The notes under the pieces were generated by a model, which was not told the origin of the DNA, did not search any database, and worked only from the letters and a program-made list of their open reading frames with translations. The position numbers and the translations under genes were made by a program. From Clostridia bacterium (lineage in GTDB: Bacteria; Bacillota; Clostridia; UMGS1840): DNA of 64,000 bases. The stretch is from the NCBI GenBank assembly GCA_045540295.1, contig JAZQGY010000013.1, forward strand, positions 3,251-67,250, in the 5' to 3' direction. Shown here piece after piece: positions 18,667-27,554 of this stretch; positions within the stretch are counted from its first letter, which is position 1; each line of letters begins with the position of its first letter.

Positions 18667-19809
18667 TTATAGTGTGATAAACTGATGTTTTTCGGCAGAT
18701 TCTTTTGCTTTCAGACAAAGATATGCACTCTGTAAACCGTCTGTTAAGCTGGAATAAGAGGTATCACCGTTTAAAATGGCAGTAAAATCACGGATTAAAG
18801 CGTAATCGCCTCCACCGTGACCACCTCCGTTGGGACGGACCAAAATGTGCTCCACCTTACTTTCGTCGTGCCGGAAAAGTTTTACTTCGTTGGTCACCCA
18901 GTCAAATTCCACAGTTGCCTTCTGCCCAATCATTCGCATCCCCCGTTTGCCCGCTTCTTTTCTTGCCACAAAATTCTGGGTATAAACGGCATGCATCCCA
19001 TCAGCATAACGCATCAGAATGGTGGCACTGTCCTGATTGCCAACATCCATACCGTAGGAACAGTACTCCCCGTTGGGATCGTCCTTTGCCTGCTCCCGAA
19101 TCACTTTGGTGCTTTCATAGCAGGTTTCAAAATCAGGACAATCTTCACATTTTAAATTGGCAGGCTTGTCTCCTTTGTATACCATTTTGGATTCCATTGC
19201 GCATAGCTCCACCGGCTGTTGTCCCAATACATAATTGATATAATCCAAGTCATGAGTAGCTTTTTGCAAAAACAGACCACCTGTAATACTTTCGTCACGA
19301 TACCAATATTTATAGTACACTCTCCCGTAAGGTACATTGTTATACGCCTGAATCTGTGACAATGTCCCCAATACACCACTATCATAAATTTCTTTCACTT
19401 TTTGCAGCACCTCGGTCAGACGAAGGGGAAAAGAAGTCATCCCCACACCGCCATAGGTTTCTACTGCTTCTTTTAATTCATAATAATCTGCCAAAGTGGT
19501 TACCACAGGTTTTTCCAAAAACAGAGGAATCTTCCGTTTTAACACTTCCACGGCATACTTTTTATGTAAGTTGCAACGGGTTCCGACAAATACGCCATCT
19601 AATTCTTCACGCTCAAGCATATCTTCCCCATTTTCGTAGTAGGAAACCTTAGACGCATCCACGGTTTTGATGCTCTCCAGCCGTTCTTTGGCTTTCTCCA
19701 AATCCGGATCCGCCACCGCCACCACCTGAAGCTCGGGAAAATGGCAAAATTCATATAAAACCAGGGAGTGCATACGGCCACCCATCCCGATAATACCGAT
19801 TTTTTTCAT
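18667..19809 (-). CDS. Gfo/Idh/MocA family oxidoreductase
   Basis: IGIIGMGGR, LEKP, GGLFLQKATHDLD, GHGGGD; start at MKKIG after a GAGGTG RBS. Confidence 0.9.
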   Translation of the reverse strand: MKKIGIIGMGGRMHSLVLYEFCHFPELQVVAVADPDLEKAKERLESIKTVDASKVSYYENGEDMLEREELDGVFVGTRCNLHKKYAVEVLKRKIPLFLEKPVVTTLADYYELKEAVETYGGVGMTSFPLRLTEVLQKVKEIYDSGVLGTLSQIQAYNNVPYGRVYYKYWYRDESITGGLFLQKATHDLDYINYVLGQQPVELCAMESKMVYKGDKPANLKCEDCPDFETCYESTKVIREQAKDDPNGEYCSYGMDVGNQDSATILMRYADGMHAVYTQNFVARKEAGKRGMRMIGQKATVEFDWVTNEVKLFRHDESKVEHILVRPNGGGHGGGDYALIRDFTAILNGDTSYSSLTDGLQSAYLCLKAKESAEKHQFITL

Positions 19810-19829
19810 ATCATTCACCTCAATATTAC

Positions 19830-20168
19830 AAAATGGCGCAGAGGAAACAAACCAAACACCTCTGGTGGTTATCCGAAGACGTACAAAGGTACGTCGAGCA
19901 ATGAGATTTGCTTGCGCCGCTTTCACCTGTTAAATACAAAAGCGCAGAGAAAATGGCGCAGAGGAAACAAACCGAACACCTCTGGTGGTTATCCGAAGAC
20001 GTACAAGGGTACGTTGATCGATGAGGCTTGCTTGCGCCGCTTTCACCTGCTAAATACAAAAGTGCAGAGAAAATGGCGCAGAGGAAACAAACCGAACACC
20101 TCTGGTGGTTATCCGAAGACGTACAAAGGTACGTCGAGCGATGAGGTTTGCTTGCTCTGCGCCATTTT
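19830..20168. repeat. Tandem array of about 2.8 units of a 120-bp palindromic element with terminal inverted repeats (REP/BIME- or MITE-like)
   Basis: Units start at 19830, 19950 and 20070; ends are a 24-bp IR with 2 mismatches (outer 14 bp perfect); internal hairpin GACGTAC-AAAG-GTACGTC. Confidence 0.9.
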
Positions 20169-20177
20169 ATCAAGCTC

Positions 20178-21368
20178 TTAGTCAGTTAAGTTATCGAAGT
20201 ACCCCTGCACCAAAATCACAGGCGTGCCTTTATCACCGGAACCACTGGTTAAGTCACAAAGGGAACCGATTAAGTCAGTCAGTCTGCGGGGAGTGGTGCC
20301 CTGAGATGCCATGTTTCCTACTAAATTGCTGTCTTTTTCACGAATTGCATTTTCGATGGCTTTTTTCAGTTCGTCACCTTTTAAATCTGCAAAATCGTTA
20401 TCTGCTAAATATTTTAATTTCAGCTCATTGGGAGTGCCTTCCAAACCTTTGGTGTATGCAGGAGAAACCACCGGGTCAGCCAATTCCCAAATATGACCGA
20501 CAGGATCTTTAAAAGCGCCGTCACCATACACCATTACTTCAACATTTTTGCCGGTGCGTTCTTTGAACTGCTTCTGCATACCTTCCACCATTTCAAAGCA
20601 TTCATGAGGGAATAATTTGATGGTATCTTCGGTAGATTTATTGGAGCCGAGCAGCCCGTAGTTTTCATTGTAACCGCTTCCGTCAACACTTTTATTTAAG
20701 ATTTCGTCTAAACCAACCACACATTTTGCACCTGCAGCTTTTAAAATACGTTTGGTTCTGGCACGGCTATGAATATCGCAGTTTAATACGCAGTCTGCAA
20801 AATTTAAAATTGCTCTGGGATCATTTGCCAGCACAATTTCTGCTTCTGCACCAACGGAACGGATTAAATCACCGTAATATTGCACATAGTCCACACCGGT
20901 AAAAGGATGGGGATTCTGACCAAACAGTTCTCTGTATTTTGCTTCGGTTAATACATCGGTATAAGGATTGATCCCTGCTTCATCCAACTGATCCAAGGAT
21001 ACTAAAGCGTTACCCACTTCATCGCTGGGGTAGTTTAACATCAGCACAACTTTTTTAGCACCCATTGCAATCCCTTTTAAACAAATTGCAAAACGGTTAC
21101 GGCTTAAAATAGGGAAAATTACCCCGATGGTGCCGCCACCTAATTTATTTTTCACGTCTTTTGCAATGGCATCAATATGAGCGTAATTCCCCTGGGAACG
21201 TGCAACAACAGATTCCGTTACCGCAACAACATCACGGTCACGAAGGGAAAATCCTTCAGCTTCTGCTGCTTCAATCACGCTATTTACCACGATGGACGCA
21301 ATATCGTCTCCTTCACGGATAATGGGGCAACGAATTCCACGGGAAACAGTACCGACTTTTCTTTCCAT
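20178..21368 (-). CDS. Coenzyme F420-0:L-glutamate ligase (CofE)-like family protein
   Basis: PIIREGDD, VAVTESVVAR, YGDGAFKDP..IWELADP, DLTSGSGDKGTP. Confidence 0.82.
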   Translation of the reverse strand: MERKVGTVSRGIRCPIIREGDDIASIVVNSVIEAAEAEGFSLRDRDVVAVTESVVARSQGNYAHIDAIAKDVKNKLGGGTIGVIFPILSRNRFAICLKGIAMGAKKVVLMLNYPSDEVGNALVSLDQLDEAGINPYTDVLTEAKYRELFGQNPHPFTGVDYVQYYGDLIRSVGAEAEIVLANDPRAILNFADCVLNCDIHSRARTKRILKAAGAKCVVGLDEILNKSVDGSGYNENYGLLGSNKSTEDTIKLFPHECFEMVEGMQKQFKERTGKNVEVMVYGDGAFKDPVGHIWELADPVVSPAYTKGLEGTPNELKLKYLADNDFADLKGDELKKAIENAIREKDSNLVGNMASQGTTPRRLTDLIGSLCDLTSGSGDKGTPVILVQGYFDNLTD

Positions 21369-21413
21369 AACAATTCTCCTAACTATTCTCTATTTTGTTT
21401 CTAAAAAACGTAC

Positions 21414-21442
21414 TTGACAATTTTTACTGTCTTTATTATAAT
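21414..21442 (+). promoter_or_regulatory. SigA-type promoter for the LysR gene
   Basis: TTGACA-17-TATAAT. Confidence 0.75.
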
Positions 21443-21502
21443 ACAATTGAACCTATTAGTAAAGCAGATAAAACTTGTATCAGTTATAAGAGGTACTTAT
21501 CT

Positions 21503-22387
21503 ATGAATACCAAACTTGATTACTATCGTGTGTTTTCTGAAGTGGCACATCACGGCTCCTTCTCATTAGCAGCGGAAAAGCTGTATGTGTCTCAGTCTGC
21601 CATTTCCCAATGTATCCAGCAGTTGGAAGGCGATTTAAACACTCAGCTGTTTGTCCGTTCCAGACGGGGCGTTACCCTGACCCGTGAGGGAAAGTTGTTG
21701 CTCCCCAAGGTGGAAAACGCACTTTCTTCCATCAACCAGGGAGAAACCCTTTTAGCACAGCTTCATCATCTTCACGCGGGCTCTCTGATGATTGCTGCAG
21801 GAGACACGGTCACTACACATTATTTATTGCCTTACTTAGAAGAATTTCATACCCTTTATCCCGAAATCCGTATTGAGATGACCAATTCCTATTCCGCAAA
21901 ATTACTGCAGTATGTAAAGGAAGGGAAAGCAGAGCTTGCGTTTGTGAATCTACCGATTTCAGATGAAGAATTAACGGTGGAACCCTGCCTTACCATCCAC
22001 GACATATTTGTCTGCGGAGCGGATTTCCCCACAAAAGAATCCTACACCTGGGAGGAAATGGCAAGTCAAGCATTGATTCTTTTAGAACCAAACTCTACCT
22101 CCCGAAAATTTGTGGAGGAAGAATTTAAAAAAGCAAAAATCCCCATGTCTCCCAAAATTGAAATTGCGGTACACGATTTGTTGATTCGGTTTGCCTCCAT
22201 TCACTTGGGGGTGTCCTGCGTGGTGAAAGAATTTTCCGAGGAAAGCATTCAAAACGGTACCGTCCGGGAAATGAATCTGATTCCTCCCCTTCCCTCACGT
22301 GCCATCGGTTGTGCTTATCTAAAGCACAATCCCCTGTCCCACGCCGCTCAAGCCTTTTTGGACCTCATACAAAAGAAAAAAAGCTGA
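21503..22387 (+). CDS. LysR family transcriptional regulator
   Basis: GSFSLAAEKLYVSQSAISQ...LFVRSRRGVTLT; divergent from the CofE-like gene. Confidence 0.95.
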   Translation: MNTKLDYYRVFSEVAHHGSFSLAAEKLYVSQSAISQCIQQLEGDLNTQLFVRSRRGVTLTREGKLLLPKVENALSSINQGETLLAQLHHLHAGSLMIAAGDTVTTHYLLPYLEEFHTLYPEIRIEMTNSYSAKLLQYVKEGKAELAFVNLPISDEELTVEPCLTIHDIFVCGADFPTKESYTWEEMASQALILLEPNSTSRKFVEEEFKKAKIPMSPKIEIAVHDLLIRFASIHLGVSCVVKEFSEESIQNGTVREMNLIPPLPSRAIGCAYLKHNPLSHAAQAFLDLIQKKKS

Positions 22388-22405
22388 CTTTTCGTCAGCT
22401 TTTTT
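22376..22405. terminator. Bidirectional terminator
   Basis: AAAAAGCTGAC-TTTTC-GTCAGCTTTTT. Confidence 0.8.
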
Positions 22406-22406
22406 C

Positions 22407-23834
22407 TTATCTTGCATATCGCTTATTCAATTCTTTCCAATAAGACTTATCAATGGAATGAAGCTGTTCTTTTGTGATACGGAACTGCCAGTTCCCCTCT
22501 GCTTTTCCCGGAGTATTCATACGGGTGTCCGAACCGTAGACAAGTAAGTCCTGAATGGGCAGAATCGCCCAGTCTGCATGACTTTGCAGAACCGTGCGAA
22601 TCATACTGTTGCACCCGGCTCCCCAATCCCCCTCATGTCCGCAGTATAAAAGCATTTGTTTGCGAAGATGGTCAGGTAATTCCCACAAATATCCCAACAA
22701 AGTGTTGTTATCGTGGGTGCCGGTATAGGCAACTGAATTTTTGGGATAATGATGAGGTTTATGTAAGCTGTCTCCCTCGGATAAAAAGCCGAACTGAAAC
22801 ACTCTCATACCGGGAAAAGTGCTGTCTTTCACCAACTGATGCACTTCGGGAGTAATATCTCCCAAGTCTTCTGCAATAATCTGAGAATCTCCTGCAGCCT
22901 CACGAATGGCACGGATAAAGTCCATACGGGGACCGTCCTTCCAGCTACCTTCCTTGGCGGTTTTGGCACCGTAGGGTACTGCCCAATAGGATTCAAAAGC
23001 ACGAAAATGGTCAATGCGAATGGCATCAAACAAGGTTGCCATATGAGAAATTCTATCGCACCACCATTGGTAACCGTCTTGTTTCATCTCATCCCAGTCA
23101 TACAAGGGATTTCCCCAAAGCTGACCGTCTGCACTGAAATAATCAGGCGGAACTCCTGCCACCAAAAATGGTTTTCCGTCTTCGGAAAGCTGAAATTGGC
23201 TACGGTTATCCCACACATCGCAACTATCATAAGACACATAAATGGGAATATCTCCAATGATTTTGATTCCACGGTCGTTGGCATATTTTTTAATCTCATG
23301 CCATTGGGTAAAAAATTCATACTGAATCATTTCCCAAGCAAAGAGGATATCTTCACGAAATTCTTCGGTGGTCCACTCATTCCACGGCAAATGGTTATTT
23401 GCTTCTTTTAATGCCATAAAACGGCAAAACGCTTCCAGATGTTTATTTTTTATAATGAAATTTTCTATTTCCGTTTTGTCTGCTACTCGGGAAGATGCTT
23501 TTTTTAAGAGTAAAAACCGTTCTTCCCACAGCCGTTCATATTCTGCCACATACGGCGTTTTTTGTTTGGCTGATTCCAGTTCTTCTTTTGTCAGAAGACC
23601 TTTCTTTTCCAAAATATTCAAGTCCACAAAATAGGGATTTCCGCCAAAAGCAGAATACGATTGATAAGGCGAATTAAAACCGTCCGCCATACCAAACGGA
23701 AGCACCTGCCAGTATGTAAAACCAGTATCTTTTAAAAATTCAACAAAATGTTTTGCTTCTTCCCCGAAAGAACCGATTGAGTATTCCCCGGGCAAAGAAG
23801 AAATATGCATTAACACACCGCTTTTTCTATCCAT
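22407..23834 (-). CDS. malQ: 4-alpha-glucanotransferase (GH77)
   Basis: SGVLMHISSLP, GVPPDYFS..GQLWGNP, RIDHFR, AEDLG, YTGTHDN. Confidence 0.95.
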   Translation of the reverse strand: MDRKSGVLMHISSLPGEYSIGSFGEEAKHFVEFLKDTGFTYWQVLPFGMADGFNSPYQSYSAFGGNPYFVDLNILEKKGLLTKEELESAKQKTPYVAEYERLWEERFLLLKKASSRVADKTEIENFIIKNKHLEAFCRFMALKEANNHLPWNEWTTEEFREDILFAWEMIQYEFFTQWHEIKKYANDRGIKIIGDIPIYVSYDSCDVWDNRSQFQLSEDGKPFLVAGVPPDYFSADGQLWGNPLYDWDEMKQDGYQWWCDRISHMATLFDAIRIDHFRAFESYWAVPYGAKTAKEGSWKDGPRMDFIRAIREAAGDSQIIAEDLGDITPEVHQLVKDSTFPGMRVFQFGFLSEGDSLHKPHHYPKNSVAYTGTHDNNTLLGYLWELPDHLRKQMLLYCGHEGDWGAGCNSMIRTVLQSHADWAILPIQDLLVYGSDTRMNTPGKAEGNWQFRITKEQLHSIDKSYWKELNKRYAR

Positions 23835-23921
23835 ACTATAATTCCTTTATCTATAAGATATAAAGCATTATACCATACCTTTTTAAAAGATGCAAGAGGA
23901 ATGTTAATTTCCTTAAGATAT

Positions 23922-24163
23922 AAAAAAGAACACCTTGCGGTGCTCTTTTTGGTGGGCCTTCGGGGACACAGTCGCTTTGCGCCTTGTCTGCTCGGTTACC
24001 CAAAGGCTCCGCCTTTCGGTACCAACCTTCGCACCACTCTCCTAAAAACAGTCCCCCGGACTGTTTTCCTGACGGCTCGTGCCCTCTCAGTGTTCGAGTC
24101 CCCGAAAGTTTTGTAAAAAAAAAGAACACCTTGCGGTGCTCTTTTTGGTGGGCCTTCGGGGAC
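23922..24163. repeat. tRNA-3'-associated 196-bp insertion flanked by a 46-bp direct repeat
   Basis: 23922-23967 is identical to 24118-24163 (last 18 nt of the tRNA plus terminator); internal hairpins; 15-nt inverted T-arm copy at 24092-24106. Confidence 0.88.
24118..24146 (-). terminator. tRNA-Ile terminator (duplicated at 23922-23950)
   Basis: Minus strand AAAAGAGCACC-GCAA-GGTGTTCTTTT. Confidence 0.85.
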
Positions 24164-24222
24164 TCGAACCCAGGACCGACCGGTTATGAGCCGGGAGCTC
24201 TAACCAACTGAGCTAAAGGCCC
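24146..24222 (-). tRNA. tRNA-Ile2 (CAU anticodon, lysidine type)
   Basis: GGGCCTTTAGCTCAGTTGGTTAGAGC...CCGGCTCATAACCGG...TTCGAGTCCCCGAAGGCCCACCA; body resembles Bacillota Ile2 rather than Met; TTGACA-17-TATACT promoter at 24259-24287. Confidence 0.9.
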
Positions 24223-24398
24223 TTATGTTTGAAATGTTTCCCATAAGGATACCAAGAAAGTATACCAAAAAAGCAGGTCTTTGTCAATAGTTTTTCAGAA
24301 ATTAAAGAAAGCATCTCCGAAATTTTCCAAATCGGGTATAACTGCATCTGTTCAGGCAAAACTATAGTAGAAATACCGAAAGGAAAGGAGTTTTTTTG

Positions 24399-25457
24399 AT
24401 GAAAGGTTATGCTATGATTAAAATTGGGGAAACCGGCTGGATTGAAAAGGAAAAGCCAACCTGTGGCCCCTTAGATGCCATTGTTCGCCCCATTTGTATT
24501 GCTCCCTGCACCTCAGATATTCATACTGTCTGGTCAGGAGCAATCGGCGATCGTCATAATATGATTTTAGGTCACGAAGCGGTTGGTGTGGTGGATACAG
24601 TAGGCGAACTGGTACACGATTTCAAACCCGGCGACAAGGTGATTGTGCCTGCAATTACTCCCGATTGGGGAACCTTATTCTCTCAGGCAGGTGTTCCTAT
24701 GCATTCCACCGGGATGCTTTCCGGCTGGAAGTTTTCCAATTTTAAAGACGGTGTGTTCGCCGAATATTTTCATGTGAATGAAGCGGACGCCAATTTAGCG
24801 TTATTGCCTGAAGGAGTTGATCCGGTGGCTGCCTGTATGTTACCTGATATGGTAGTAACCGGCTTCCACGGTGCAGAGCTTTGCGACATTGAATTCGGTG
24901 ACACGGTTTGCGTCATCGGAATTGGTCCTGTTGGCTTGATGAGTGTGGCAGGTGCCAACAAAAGAGGGGCCGCTCGCATCTTTGCCGTGGGGTCCCGTCC
25001 CAACTGTGTGGAAGCAGCAAAATACTACGGTGCAACCGACATCGTCAACTACCGTGAAGGTGACATTGTGGAACAAATTCTCAAAAAGACAGGCGGCAGA
25101 GGGGTTGACAGAGTTATCATTGCCGGCGGGGATAACAGCACCTTTGACCAGGCAATCCGGATTCTCCGCCCGGGTGGTTCTATCGGAAATGTGAACTATC
25201 TTGGCGAGGGTGACACCATTTCCATTCCCAGAGTAGAATGGGGTGTCGGAATGGGACATAAAAAAATCAATGGCGGTTTAACTCCCGGCGGACGACTGAA
25301 AATGGAAAAAATGGCATCTTTATTAGCCACCGGAAAACTGGATACTTCCCGATTAGTAACTCACGTATTCGAAGGATTTGATAAAATTGAAGAAGCTTTG
25401 CTCTTAATGAAAAATAAGCCTGCGGATTTAATCAAGCCCGTGGTAAAAATATCATAA
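24399..25457 (+). CDS. adh: NADP-dependent zinc secondary alcohol (isopropanol) dehydrogenase
   Basis: APCTSDIH, LGHE, AVGSRP, ATDIVNY, DLIKPVV; closely resembles the Thermoanaerobacter brockii / Clostridium beijerinckii enzymes. Confidence 0.9.
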   Translation: MKGYAMIKIGETGWIEKEKPTCGPLDAIVRPICIAPCTSDIHTVWSGAIGDRHNMILGHEAVGVVDTVGELVHDFKPGDKVIVPAITPDWGTLFSQAGVPMHSTGMLSGWKFSNFKDGVFAEYFHVNEADANLALLPEGVDPVAACMLPDMVVTGFHGAELCDIEFGDTVCVIGIGPVGLMSVAGANKRGAARIFAVGSRPNCVEAAKYYGATDIVNYREGDIVEQILKKTGGRGVDRVIIAGGDNSTFDQAIRILRPGGSIGNVNYLGEGDTISIPRVEWGVGMGHKKINGGLTPGGRLKMEKMASLLATGKLDTSRLVTHVFEGFDKIEEALLLMKNKPADLIKPVVKIS

Positions 25458-25486
25458 AAAAAAGCGGTGAAATCACCGCTTTTTTT
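25457..25486. terminator. Bidirectional terminator
   Basis: AAAAAAGCGGTGA-AA-TCACCGCTTTTTT. Confidence 0.85.
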
Positions 25487-27158
25487 ATTTTCGAAATTCT
25501 CGCTGATTCTTCGCTTCTCGTTTTCCGGAGTTTCCGGTTTTCTTTGCACCTTTCGGGTTCTTTTGGGTTGCCTGTGCTTTCTCCACAAATATCTCCCGAC
25601 CACGGTAGCTTAAATCTTTTAGTGCTTCCAGCACCCCGTCTGCTTTGTCGGCAGGAACTTCAAAAAAAGAATACTTATCAAAAATATCCACTGCTCCAAC
25701 GTCGCTTCCTTGCACAGAAGTGTTGGATGCAACCAATTCCACAATATGCCTGGGACGGATTTTATCCAAAGAACCCAGACCGATAAACAGTCTTGCCATT
25801 CCCTGCTGAGCTCCTGTTTTTTTGCTGACCTCACGGGTTTCTTTAGGCTTTTTATCCACTTTTTTCTCCTCAGTCAGCATACAAAGAAGTGCTGCAGAAA
25901 GCTCTGTTGCGGTCAGCTTTCCTTCTCCAACAATTTTTTGTGAAATTTCTAAATACCTATTAAAATTGGGATTTTTCGTCACAGCAATCGCCTTTTGAAC
26001 AGTTTTATCGGCTCTTGCCTCCAATACATCTGCTTCTGCAGGTGTTTTATAGGGTTCAATATGGGATTTTGTGTACTTCATAATGTCCTTTAGTTTGAAC
26101 ATTTCTTTTCCTGCCACAAACGTATATGCAACACCTTTGTGATCCGCTCTGCCTGTCCGACCGATACGGTGAACATAGTATTCCTCAAACTGAGGCACAT
26201 CAAAATTGAAAACCGCCTCCACATTATCCACATCAATACCACGGGCAGCAATGTCTGTTGCCACTAAGATTTCAGTTTTCCCGGATTTAAAACGGCTCAT
26301 TACCCGATCTCGCTCCGGCTGTTTCATATCCCCGTGAAGCATTTCGGCAGGATAACCGCGTTCAATCAGTTCTTCTGTCACTTCCGAGGTTTTCTTTTTG
26401 GTATTGCAGAATACCAGAGACAGACCGTAACCGTGCAAATCCAATAATCGGCTTAAGGCATCCAGCTTTTTGGGTCCTTTTACTTCCAGATAGTACTCTG
26501 ACACATTGGAAACTGTCAACACTTCCCCGGTTACTTTGACAAATACCCGATCTTTTTTCTGATAACTTTGGGCAATTTCTTTGATTTCTGCAGGCATGGT
26601 TGCCGAAAACAGAACGGTCTGGCGAGTGGTAGGCGCTGTTTCTAAAATCGTTTCAATATCATCACGAAAGCCCATATTAAGCATTTCGTCTGCCTCGTCT
26701 AATACCAAATAGGAAAGATTCACCAGTCGTACACTTCGTCTGCGTAAGTGATCCATCAGTCTGCCCGGCGTTGCCACAATCACATGAGGACGTTTTTTTA
26801 AATCATGAAGCTGACGTTCAATGGGCTGTCCGCCATACAAAGAGGAAATGCGAATCCCCTTCTGATAGCGGGACAGTTTCCCCAATTCTTCTGCTATTTG
26901 TATGACCAACTCACGGGTAGGACAAAGCACCAATGCCTGCACCGTTTCCTCATCGGGAATAATTTTTTCCAAAACCGGCACGCCAAAAGCACAGGTTTTT
27001 CCGGTTCCTGTGGGCGCTTGTGCCACAAGATCATATCCCTCTAAAATAGGAAACAGACTTTCCTGCTGAATGGGCGTGGTTTTTAGAAATCCCATCTGTG
27101 CAATTCCTTGTTTTAAAGCATCACAAATGGGGAGTTGTTCAAATAATAAGGCTTCCAT
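25485..27158 (-). CDS. DEAD-box RNA helicase (DeaD/CshA type, DbpA RNA-binding domain)
   Basis: TPIQ, APTGTGKT, PTREL, DEAD, SAT, ARGID, HRIGRTGR. Confidence 0.95.
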   Translation of the reverse strand: MEALLFEQLPICDALKQGIAQMGFLKTTPIQQESLFPILEGYDLVAQAPTGTGKTCAFGVPVLEKIIPDEETVQALVLCPTRELVIQIAEELGKLSRYQKGIRISSLYGGQPIERQLHDLKKRPHVIVATPGRLMDHLRRRSVRLVNLSYLVLDEADEMLNMGFRDDIETILETAPTTRQTVLFSATMPAEIKEIAQSYQKKDRVFVKVTGEVLTVSNVSEYYLEVKGPKKLDALSRLLDLHGYGLSLVFCNTKKKTSEVTEELIERGYPAEMLHGDMKQPERDRVMSRFKSGKTEILVATDIAARGIDVDNVEAVFNFDVPQFEEYYVHRIGRTGRADHKGVAYTFVAGKEMFKLKDIMKYTKSHIEPYKTPAEADVLEARADKTVQKAIAVTKNPNFNRYLEISQKIVGEGKLTATELSAALLCMLTEEKKVDKKPKETREVSKKTGAQQGMARLFIGLGSLDKIRPRHIVELVASNTSVQGSDVGAVDIFDKYSFFEVPADKADGVLEALKDLSYRGREIFVEKAQATQKNPKGAKKTGNSGKREAKNQREFRK

Positions 27159-27234
27159 AATGTACCTCGAATCATAATCAGTTTGATACAAAAATATTAT
27201 ATAAAATAATCAGATTACTGTCAAGTAAAACTGA

Positions 27235-27261
27235 AAAAAGACACCCATTGGGTGTCTTTTT
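27235..27261 (-). terminator. tRNA-Val terminator
   Basis: AAAAAGACACCC-ATT-GGGTGTCTTTTT. Confidence 0.85.
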
Positions 27262-27263
27262 CG

Positions 27264-27339
27264 TGGTGGGAACAATAGGGCTCGAACCTATGACCCTCTG
27301 CTTGTAAGGCAGATGCTCTCCCAGCTGAGCTATGCTCCC
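27264..27339 (-). tRNA. tRNA-Val (UAC)
   Basis: GGGAGCATAGCTCAGCTGGGAGAGCATCTGCCTTACAAGCAGA...TTCGAGCCCTATTGTTCCCACCA; TTGACA-17-TATAAT promoter at 27372-27400. Confidence 0.97.
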
Positions 27340-27554
27340 ATATTCGGTTTTGCTCTCATCAAGCAAGGGCTATTATATCAAATGAATTTCAATTTGTCAA
27401 TACTTTTTTTAGATTTTTTTTAAAAAATATGTAAAGTTGAAAAAAGTACCAAAATAAATGATGTAGTTTTTGTGAAAATAATTGACGAACTGAAAAATTC
27501 CGTGATATAATGAAAAACCAACCGCGGAAAAATGATACAGAAAGGAAGTATCTT

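Noticed and set aside
19830-20168. CRISPR array
   Set aside because: Whole 120-bp units are near-identical with no unique spacers, and there are no cas genes in the window
19768-20181. Repetitive ORFs 19768..20181(+) and 19826..20173(-), and the N-terminal extension of 18667..19926
   Set aside because: By-products of a repeat whose period is divisible by 3; the oxidoreductase has its own RBS and a start at 19809
23922-24163. Intact prophage or genomic island (attL/attR)
   Set aside because: Only 150 bp lie between the repeats, with no integrase or cargo; kept as a mini-element finding instead
23851-24211. Three short ORFs over the tRNA-Ile region
   Set aside because: They overlap the tRNA, terminators and structured element, with no RBS or protein motifs
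24146-24222. tRNA-Met call from the CAU anticodon
   Set aside because: Lacks initiator features (no C1-A72 mismatch, no three consecutive G-C anticodon-stem pairs of the fMet type), and the body resembles Bacillota tRNA-Ile2
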